From Candidatus Nanohaloarchaea archaeon (lineage in GTDB: Archaea > EX4484-52 > GLR71), in assembly GCA_013138765.1 (NCBI GenBank), contig WTCB01000066.1, positions 1 to 35,658 of the forward strand: DNA of 35,658 nucleotides, written 5' to 3'. Under the pieces are notes generated by a model. It saw nothing but the letters and a program-made list of their open reading frames with translations, was not told where the DNA came from and searched no databases. How positions within the stretch are numbered: position 1 is the first letter of the stretch; every line of letters begins with the position of its first letter. The position numbers were made by a program, and so were the translations under genes. Below are positions 28,580 through 35,658 of the stretch, one piece after another.

Positions 28580-28948
28580 ATGGAAAACTTAAATGTTTTT
28601 GATGCAAAGACTTGCGATATTCCTGAAATACGTGAATTGCTGTCAATGTTCTATCGTATTTCAGTTTCTGATATTGATGTATTTTTTTCTGTCTGTGGGC
28701 TGTCTGGTGCCCGTGTTGAGGCGATATCAGACTCTATGGGTAAAGATAAGTCAACTGTGCAGAGATGTTTAAACAGGCTTTATTCGTCAGGTCTTATCAA
28801 GAGGGAAAGCAAGTGCTGTATAAAAGGCAAGAAAGGCCGGTATTTTATTTATTTCGCTGTCTCTAATGCGGAATTGAAAGAGATGTTGTTACTGCACGTG
28901 AATAATTGGCATTCGTTGCGTTTTGCAGTTATTGATTCTTTGAGATGA
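28580..28948 (+). CDS. Cys-rich wHTH transcriptional regulator (TrmB/COG3355-like)
   Basis: VEAISDSMGKDKSTVQRCLNRLYSSGLIKRE...GRYFIY; five Cys; ATG at 28580. Confidence 0.85.
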   Translation: MENLNVFDAKTCDIPEIRELLSMFYRISVSDIDVFFSVCGLSGARVEAISDSMGKDKSTVQRCLNRLYSSGLIKRESKCCIKGKKGRYFIYFAVSNAELKEMLLLHVNNWHSLRFAVIDSLR

Positions 28949-29033
28949 GAGTTTTAAAGACATATAAAGTTTTAGACTTTATAATTAGTATTGTCTTTTG
29001 TTTTTTTAGATTTAATTTGAATTATATTGGGAA

Positions 29034-29831
29034 ATGATTTTGATGAGTGGAAATGGTGATAATGTTACTGTATATGCGGGGGTAGATGATTATTGTACTT
29101 CTGTGGAGCGAATAAAGGGTTTAGATGATTTTTCTCAAACTGGGCCTGTTAAAGATATAAAATTAATAAATCTTGATTTTATACCCAATGAATCTAATAT
29201 TAATGGGGTTTCTGGTTTAGATAAATATGGAGATATTCAACTTGCAGATGCTATTTTTGATGGTTCTTGTGAGCTTTTGAAAGAAGAATATGGTGTTGAT
29301 CCGTCTGTATTCATTGATTCAAATAATCCCAAATTATGGTCTACTATCGATGATTTTGAAAAAACAATTATAAGTACAATAGATTCTTTAACAAGTGTTT
29401 ATGGATCTTATACTCCTGAAAATGCATTTTTATTTATGTGTGATATTGCTGAGACTTTGAATAATATTGTAAAAGAAAAGCATTTAAATGATTTTTCACA
29501 ATTAAAGTCAAAATCTGATATTTCTTTAATACCTACTTTTATGGTATATGGTGTTTCGAAATTAGATGATGTTCAAGGAAATAAACTTGCAGATAATATT
29601 ATTGAGAGCTCCTGTGAACTTTTGAAAACCTCATATGGTGTTGATTTATCTTTATTAATTGATTCAAATAATCCCGAATTATGGTTTAATCTTGAGGAGC
29701 TTGAACAATCTATTGGGGATGCAATAAATGGATTAATAAGTGTTCATGGACCTTATACATCTGAAAATGCTTTTATGTTTATCTATGATATCTCTAGTAA
29801 TTTAAACAAAATGGCAAAACAAAATGTTTAA
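29034..29831 (+). CDS. Hypothetical protein built from two tandem ~115-120-aa repeats
   Basis: SCELLK..YGVD.S..IDSNNP.LW...G.YT.ENAF.F..DI occurs twice. Confidence 0.8.
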   Translation: MILMSGNGDNVTVYAGVDDYCTSVERIKGLDDFSQTGPVKDIKLINLDFIPNESNINGVSGLDKYGDIQLADAIFDGSCELLKEEYGVDPSVFIDSNNPKLWSTIDDFEKTIISTIDSLTSVYGSYTPENAFLFMCDIAETLNNIVKEKHLNDFSQLKSKSDISLIPTFMVYGVSKLDDVQGNKLADNIIESSCELLKTSYGVDLSLLIDSNNPELWFNLEELEQSIGDAINGLISVHGPYTSENAFMFIYDISSNLNKMAKQNV

Positions 29832-29939
29832 TGCAGTAATATCTTTAAAAGATAAATAAATCAATTATTTTTCTATTTTTATTTTATTTTTTATATCATT
29901 TTTTGGCGTATGGTGTCATTATTTATTTCTTGTTTAAAG

Positions 29940-29955
29940 CAAAGTATTTATAAAG
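29940..29955 (+). promoter_or_regulatory. BRE/TATA-like archaeal promoter
   Basis: CAAAGTATTTATAAAG upstream of the 30028 gene; similar motifs at 7201-7214 and near 19330 (minus strand). Confidence 0.5.
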
Positions 29956-30027
29956 TTAATATGTCTTATATCTTTTTACTTATTTTTTATTTACTGGAAG
30001 TTATAACAATTTATAGGTGTTTGATTA

Positions 30028-30987
30028 GTGGTGTCTGTGTTTGAATGTGATAGTGGGGCTGTAGATCCTGATACTGTTAGTAAGGATAATTTTCAAAAAA
30101 AGGTATTAGCAAACGCAATAGCTTATAAACAAATGATTGATGAACAAAAATCAAGTGATGGAACGAAAGAAGCACTTGAAGAACCAGATACGCCTGAGAC
30201 ATTTATTTCTAATATATATGATATTTTTACTAGTATAACATATAATAAATATATTGAAAAAATATATTCAGATAAACTTGATTACCCTAGCATCAAAAAA
30301 GATTTTAATATTTCTATGGGTGAATTCAAAGCACTTGTATCAAAGAATATATATGACTTAATTAAAGAAACAGGAGATATAAAGCCTATGTCCGAGCTTG
30401 TAGAGACATTTAGTCTTGCAAGAATGCTTAATCTTGCAATTAATGGGGATAAAAGAGTCTGTGAACATATTACTCCTAAAAATCTTAAATCCGATATGGG
30501 GGGTCATACAGATAAGAAACAACTTGATCTTTGTGCTTGTGCTATATATAGTAAGATGAGTGATGAAAAAAATATAGATTTAATATGGTATACAAATAAT
30601 TCAAGTCGCCCAAATACTATGGAGGATATGGGGGGTATTTTTAAAATTAAGAATGCTAAGGGTTCTAAAAATAATCTTCATGAAATATGTCCACATACTA
30701 AAGATCTTGATAGGGATGAATGTGAACAGTTAAGACCTAAACTTTGTGAATTATTTGATATGGATGTATGTTTAAAAGATGACTCTTATGAACCTATTGA
30801 CGATTATTTGCAACGTAAGTATGATGTCGTTATAGGTCAAGTTAAAGGCGATGCGGATTATTTAGATAAACAAATTAAAATTATTTCTGGATTAATTTAT
30901 GGTAAATATATAACGAATATAGTTATTAATAATGAAGGTCATTTCAGTTTAAAAAAAGAGGAACCAGAAATTCCTGGATATATTTGA
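30028..30987 (+). CDS. Hypothetical protein
   Basis: 319-aa ORF, GTG start with AGGTG RBS; several Cys; no motif recognised. Confidence 0.7.
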   Translation: MVSVFECDSGAVDPDTVSKDNFQKKVLANAIAYKQMIDEQKSSDGTKEALEEPDTPETFISNIYDIFTSITYNKYIEKIYSDKLDYPSIKKDFNISMGEFKALVSKNIYDLIKETGDIKPMSELVETFSLARMLNLAINGDKRVCEHITPKNLKSDMGGHTDKKQLDLCACAIYSKMSDEKNIDLIWYTNNSSRPNTMEDMGGIFKIKNAKGSKNNLHEICPHTKDLDRDECEQLRPKLCELFDMDVCLKDDSYEPIDDYLQRKYDVVIGQVKGDADYLDKQIKIISGLIYGKYITNIVINNEGHFSLKKEEPEIPGYI

Positions 30988-31051
30988 TTATTCTAATTCT
31001 ATCAATTCTCATCATGTAACATTTTTAAATAACAGATGACAAGTATCTGTT

Positions 31052-31303
31052 ATGCGCATATGCAAATTCTGTGGAAAGTTTATTCTTACAAGCTATAATC
31101 AACACTTGGCTATTGCGCATCCGCGCGAGTGGAACAAGATCAAAAAAGAATGGGTCCAGCTCAAATCAGACGGCATGTCTGCGCAACAGATAGCCGATAA
31201 GTATGAAACCAATACGACTACGGTAAGTCGCGCCATAAAAGACAGCTATGGCGCATTCCATAAACTTCAGAGACAAAAGAATCCACCCATTGAGATTATG
31301 TGA
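31052..31303 (+). CDS. Small C2H2 zinc-finger + HTH protein
   Basis: CKFC-x11-H-x4-H (HLAIAH), then GMSAQQIADKYETNTTTVSRAIK. Confidence 0.75.
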   Translation: MRICKFCGKFILTSYNQHLAIAHPREWNKIKKEWVQLKSDGMSAQQIADKYETNTTTVSRAIKDSYGAFHKLQRQKNPPIEIM

Positions 31304-31364
31304 TTAATTCTTTTGATATCATTATACAAAACAATAAAAAGGTACACAGTACAAATTAATTCTT

Positions 31365-32174
31365 ATGAGCATCATATCTGATCTTAATATCAGTCCTGAT
31401 AAAAAGTTAGGGCAGAACTTTCTTGTAGATAAAAATATAGTCGGTGTCGAGATCAGAGAGGCAGAAGTATCTGATAAAGATACAGTCCTTGAAATCGGTG
31501 CGGGTTATGGTGCGCTTACTCTTGAACTTGCGAAAGCTGCCAAAAAAGTGATAGCTGTCGAACTGGATCCTGAACTTGTTGAGATTCTCGAGGATAGGCT
31601 GGTTGAAGAGAATATAACAAACGTTGAAATCATACAGGGCGATATATTAAAGGTAACTGTACCGCCATTTGATAAATGTGTGGCAAATATACCTTATCAG
31701 ATATCTTCTAAAATTATCGAGATGCTTGGCAGGTTGGGTAAATATTCGGTATTAATCATGCAGAGAGAGTTTGCAGACAGGCTTGTTGCAAAACCTGGAG
31801 AGAAAAATTATTCTAGGATCTCTGTTCTTGCGCAATATCACTTCAATTCTAAGTTTTTAAGAAAAGTGGGCAGAAAATGTTTTTATCCTGCACCTAAAGT
31901 TGATTCGGCGATAATTAAGCTTCTGCCAAAAGATACAAAAGCAAAAGTATCGGATGAAGAGTTCTTCTTTAAGTTTGTCCGGGCGGCATTTATCCATAAG
32001 AACCAGAAATTGTGGAAGGCGATATCGCATTCCAAGCGCGAGATGGAACTTGACAAAAGTGTACTTTCAAAGATTGGTCATGAGTTATCATTGGCAGATG
32101 TCCGTGTGCGCACAATGGATATTGATCAGCTTGCTAAGTCTTCTGAGGAGATGTTGGTTCTTCTTAAGAAATGA
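31365..32174 (+). CDS. rsmA: 16S rRNA adenine dimethyltransferase KsgA/Dim1
   Basis: KKLGQNFL, EIGAGYG, VELD, GDIL, ANIPYQIS, QREFADRL, FYPAPKVDS. Confidence 0.95.
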   Translation: MSIISDLNISPDKKLGQNFLVDKNIVGVEIREAEVSDKDTVLEIGAGYGALTLELAKAAKKVIAVELDPELVEILEDRLVEENITNVEIIQGDILKVTVPPFDKCVANIPYQISSKIIEMLGRLGKYSVLIMQREFADRLVAKPGEKNYSRISVLAQYHFNSKFLRKVGRKCFYPAPKVDSAIIKLLPKDTKAKVSDEEFFFKFVRAAFIHKNQKLWKAISHSKREMELDKSVLSKIGHELSLADVRVRTMDIDQLAKSSEEMLVLLKK

Positions 32175-32238
32175 TTGATTGTTTTTTTTATTTCCCCTAA
32201 GTAGTACCTATATAAAGTTTTATATTTATAATAGCTTG

Positions 32239-32928
32239 ATGCAAAGATTAAAAATGTCTGATTTGATTACTGATGCTGTTCTGAATGAATTGCAAAGGCA
32301 TTATGATGGTTTAAGATTAGAAATAAATAATGATGATATTTTGGTGTCGGGTATTTCTGATAAAGATACAATTAAGAAGGTTGAAATAGATTTAGAATTT
32401 TATTTAGATAATAGTGAATTGCCATTAGAGAATCTTTGTTGCAGGTTAGATAATTATGAACCCCATAATGATTTACAAAAAGAACTTTTAGAATATGCCC
32501 ATAAATTATTGGATTTAGATACTGCTATGACTGGGGGTATATATGCCTGGGGTGCCCCTGGTGTTGGGAAAAGTCATGTTGCGATTGGTATTGCAAAAGA
32601 ATTTATGTCTAAAGGCCAAGATGTATATTTTTTATCTGCAGAGAATTATAGGTTACCTGATAATTTAGGACCAAATCAAGTTTTTATTTTTGATGATTTA
32701 AATTCTCCTTATGGTACTTATAAAGATAATTTTAAAAAAGCAGTAATAAATATTCACAATAAAGGTGGTAGGATTTTTGTAACCAGTAATATCTCTTATG
32801 ATGAATTTATGGATCATGCTTTGAAAATTGAAGAAAAACAAAGATATATGGATAGAACAAAACAGATGTTTAAAGTTCTGCATATTGAAGGAGACAGTCA
32901 ACGAGAACAAAAAGCATGGTATCAATAA
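32239..32928 (+). CDS. DnaC/IstB-like (or ZapE-like) AAA+ ATPase
   Basis: LDNYEPHNDLQK, GAPGVGKSH, FIFDDL, IFVTSN, DR. Start at 32239 or 32254. Confidence 0.75.
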   Translation: MQRLKMSDLITDAVLNELQRHYDGLRLEINNDDILVSGISDKDTIKKVEIDLEFYLDNSELPLENLCCRLDNYEPHNDLQKELLEYAHKLLDLDTAMTGGIYAWGAPGVGKSHVAIGIAKEFMSKGQDVYFLSAENYRLPDNLGPNQVFIFDDLNSPYGTYKDNFKKAVINIHNKGGRIFVTSNISYDEFMDHALKIEEKQRYMDRTKQMFKVLHIEGDSQREQKAWYQ

Positions 32929-32972
32929 TATTTTGATTAATTCAAAATAAAATTTATGTGTTTATTTTTTTT

Positions 32973-33707
32973 TCAGTTTCTACTTCTCATCTTTGCCAAA
33001 AGTCTTAAGATCTCAAGGTACAGCCATACCAATGTTACTATCAATCCGAATGATGCGTACCATTCCATGTATTTTGGTGCGCCGGCCTTTACACCGTTCT
33101 CTATGAAATCAAAGTCTAGGACAAGGTTCAATGCAGCTATTGTGACTACGAACAGGCTGAACAGGATTCCGAATGTTCCGCTTTCATGGATTAATGGGAT
33201 CTGCGATCCAAAAAATCCTAAGATGAAGTTTATTACATAGATAAGCATGATTCCGCCTGTAGCTGCAACCACGCCTAGTTTGAAATTTTCTGTGGCTTTG
33301 ATCATTCTGGATTTATAAGCCATAAGGAGCGCAAATAAGGTGCCAAAAGTCAAGAATATTGCGTCTATTACAATTCCTGGGTAACTCATCTCAAAATATG
33401 CAGATATTCCTCCAAGTGCAAAACCTTCAAGGAGTGCATATATCGGCGCTGTTACTGGCGACCAGGTCTTTTTGAATACTGTGATTAATGCAAGTATTAA
33501 GCCGCCAATAAGGCCACCTATCATGAATAGCATCAGATTTGGATTTCCGTCTAAAAACATGGACCATGTCTTTGATGCAGTAATCATGACAAGCATAAGG
33601 AGAATTAATGTCTTGTTTGTTGTTCCCTGGATTGTCATCTTTTCTGTTACTGGACCTTGGTGTTCAAATGTCTTTGAGTTGAGCGCGGGGTTAGAACTTC
33701 GTATCAT
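32973..33707 (-). CDS. Bax inhibitor-1/YccA-like membrane protein
   Basis: SSNPAL, MTIQGT.NKT, LDFDFIENG..AGAPKYMEWY, TLVWLYLEILRLL. Confidence 0.9.
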   Translation of the reverse strand: MIRSSNPALNSKTFEHQGPVTEKMTIQGTTNKTLILLMLVMITASKTWSMFLDGNPNLMLFMIGGLIGGLILALITVFKKTWSPVTAPIYALLEGFALGGISAYFEMSYPGIVIDAIFLTFGTLFALLMAYKSRMIKATENFKLGVVAATGGIMLIYVINFILGFFGSQIPLIHESGTFGILFSLFVVTIAALNLVLDFDFIENGVKAGAPKYMEWYASFGLIVTLVWLYLEILRLLAKMRSRN

Positions 33708-33800
33708 TATGATTACCTTTTGTTATCTATTTATTGTATAAATATTGTTCAAGTTGCATATATGTGTTTTTGTCCTTTGTTGTATTTATTTTGTTTATTG

Positions 33801-34610
33801 TTATTCTAACCTGTCTTTGATTTTATCAAGCAGTGTGCTCAATTCTTCAAAAGACAGCATTATCACTTTCTTGTCAAGTGTTTTTATGTCAAGGTTTAAG
33901 GTTGCTATGAATTCGCGTGATTTGTTTTTGGTATATCGTTTTTTGTCTTTCAATGTCTTATAATCAATTATCGCTTCAAGGAGTGCGTTCTCTGTCTTTT
34001 TGGTGCGCCGGTCAAAAAGAAGTCTTGTTATATATCTTATTTTGTCATCTATTAGGCTCTCTTTTTTAATTGGTCTTATGCTTATGATTGCTGATGAAAT
34101 TCGTGGTCTTGGTTCAAAAGAACTTTTAGGCACTATCTCAAGAAATTTCATATCAAAATATGCAGGGGCAAAGAGTGATAAAAGTGATGGCTCTCTTTCC
34201 ATGTCAAGCATCTTTTCAGCAAAACTTTTGTTTACTGTCAGTATGCCTTCTTTGAAATCATATCTTGATAATTTTAATATCAATGGCTCTGAGATGTTGT
34301 ATGGGATGTTTGCGACTATCTTGTCGAATTGTGGCAACTCACTTTTGAGTACGTTTTCATATATTATGATTAGGTTCTTGTATTTTTTTTTGAGGGTTTC
34401 ATGGTGTGTTTTTAGAGTTGTGTCTATTTCGTAGGACGTGAGTGCGCATCCGGTTTCTGCTAGCGCTTCTGTCAGTATTCCGGTACCAGTTCCTATTTCA
34501 ATTACTGTCTCTTTTTCTTTTATGTCTGCAAATATTATGATATTGTCTATCATTGTCTGGTCTGTCATGAAATGCTGACCGAATCTTGAGACTTTATCTT
34601 GTATGGGCAT
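33801..34610 (-). CDS. Second, divergent KsgA/Erm-family rRNA adenine methyltransferase
   Basis: FGQHFM, EIGTGTG, YEID, ANIPYNIS, FEPRPRISS. Confidence 0.85.
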   Translation of the reverse strand: MPIQDKVSRFGQHFMTDQTMIDNIIIFADIKEKETVIEIGTGTGILTEALAETGCALTSYEIDTTLKTHHETLKKKYKNLIIIYENVLKSELPQFDKIVANIPYNISEPLILKLSRYDFKEGILTVNKSFAEKMLDMEREPSLLSLFAPAYFDMKFLEIVPKSSFEPRPRISSAIISIRPIKKESLIDDKIRYITRLLFDRRTKKTENALLEAIIDYKTLKDKKRYTKNKSREFIATLNLDIKTLDKKVIMLSFEELSTLLDKIKDRLE

Positions 34611-34662
34611 ATTATCAATATGTTTCTGTAGGTATTTAAAGAGGTATATATGTAATTTCCTT

Positions 34663-35478
34663 ATGAGTGATAATAAAACGTTATATGTTATTGATGGGGG
34701 TATTCATACACCTGATGATACTAAAGCATATCTTGAATTTGGTATAGATCTTAATCGGAGTGACCTTTCAACTTATTGGGCTGAACAAATTGGGAATCGT
34801 TTTGAATCGCTTGTTAAAAAAAATTATCAATATTATACTGGGGGATCTATAGAGGGGGTCATATGTCTTATTAAAACTGATGCATTTCCAGAAAAGATTT
34901 ATGTCGATGCTCTTTCAGAACAAGGTTTTACTGTTTATCCCTCTGCTGAAATACAGACTACTTTTGGACATTTTAATGTTATAAAAGGTAAATCTATGGA
35001 ATTTAAATCCGGGTTAGATGTGGGTGGTATGGAAAGTGTTTCTGATATTTTAAATTATGTAAAAGAAAATGAATTTATACTTACGCTTGCGCATCCATCA
35101 ACTGTTGATTATGGTATGAGGTTAAGTGATGTTAAACTATTTGAATCACTACAAAAAGATTATAAAAATATTTTTTATGATCGTAATGCTTGGGTTAAAA
35201 CATTGACTGAAAATTCTAATTTTGGTATGGCAATCAATAAAATATTTCCTAAAGCTACAGAAGATTATAATACAAAACTTAAGATTATTGCATCAACAGA
35301 TGATACTACACCAAATATTGCATTTTCAGGGAAACAAATAACTATTGAACCAATTGATGGCACTCTTGATATGCTTAAAATTGCATTTTTAAATACTGGA
35401 TCTAAAACAGATCCTATATCTGCAAGTTATATCTTAAAGAAAATCTTAACTAAATTCGGATTATTTAAAACTTTTTGA
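34663..35478 (+). CDS. Degenerate PHP-domain protein
   Basis: IDGGIHT, KTDAF, AEIQTTFGHF, LAHP and ASTDD line up with the five PHP motifs; ATG at 34663. Confidence 0.6.
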   Translation: MSDNKTLYVIDGGIHTPDDTKAYLEFGIDLNRSDLSTYWAEQIGNRFESLVKKNYQYYTGGSIEGVICLIKTDAFPEKIYVDALSEQGFTVYPSAEIQTTFGHFNVIKGKSMEFKSGLDVGGMESVSDILNYVKENEFILTLAHPSTVDYGMRLSDVKLFESLQKDYKNIFYDRNAWVKTLTENSNFGMAINKIFPKATEDYNTKLKIIASTDDTTPNIAFSGKQITIEPIDGTLDMLKIAFLNTGSKTDPISASYILKKILTKFGLFKTF

Positions 35479-35532
35479 ATTTAAAGATTAAATTAAAAAA
35501 TAATAATAAAAAGAAAAGAAAATTTTGTGAAC

Positions 35533-35658
35533 CTATTTGATATTCACATATCTGCCGTCTGTCATTATGTGGACTGTGTCGCCTATTATGAATCCTTCTT
35601 CTTCGCATAATGATGCAAAAGATGCAAGCCTTTCAGTCTCACCATGGACCGGTATTAT
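35533..35658 (-). CDS. rnj: 3' end of archaeal ribonuclease J (beta-CASP); gene runs off the window
   Basis: IIPVHGETERLASFASLCEEEGFIIGDTVHIMTDGRYVNIK*; not in the ORF track. Confidence 0.8.
   Translation of the reverse strand: MIPVHGETERLASFASLCEEEGFIIGDTVHIMTDGRYVNIK

Noticed and set aside
1-35658. CRISPR array, cas genes, IS transposase, rRNA or intein
   Set aside because: No regularly spaced repeats or diagnostic motifs found; the PpsA-like insert is low-complexity with no intein ends.

Overview
Low-GC archaeal chromosome segment, most consistent with a DPANN-type archaeon. Support: archaeal Mre11/Rad50/NurA, archaeal NMNAT and RNase J, GGTGA/GAGGT ribosome-binding sites, TATA-type promoters and a tRNA without encoded CCA. 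The lineage is an inference. The left end is an accessory block: an ORF6N/PLD-like gene, a KilA-N remnant, radC and a Schlafen/AlbA_2-HATPase-HTH gene. Next come NMNAT, a full-length PEP-synthase homologue whose catalytic residues are lost in all three domains, an AT-rich PD-(D/E)XK gene, an orphan-rich plus-strand cluster with nurA, a surface beta-propeller, tRNA-Ile(GAT), agmatinase and a flippase/isoprenoid-kinase pair. A minus-strand run trxB-trxA-rnhC-hyp-mre11-rad50 sits opposite a Cys-rich HTH regulator. The right end has orphans, two KsgA paralogues, a DnaC/IstB-like ATPase, a YccA-like gene, a degenerate PHP protein and the 3' end of RNase J. Signals missing from the ORF track: mre11 must start at a non-canonical codon (likely ATA); a 26-bp site pair at 8919-9086 with inverted arms but direct-repeat cores (attL/attR-like); and a ~48-bp non-coding element repeated 11.6 kb apart. 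No CRISPR array, integrase or transposase is visible, and no complete novel system can be proven from sequence alone. Family assignments come from motif recognition, not database searches.
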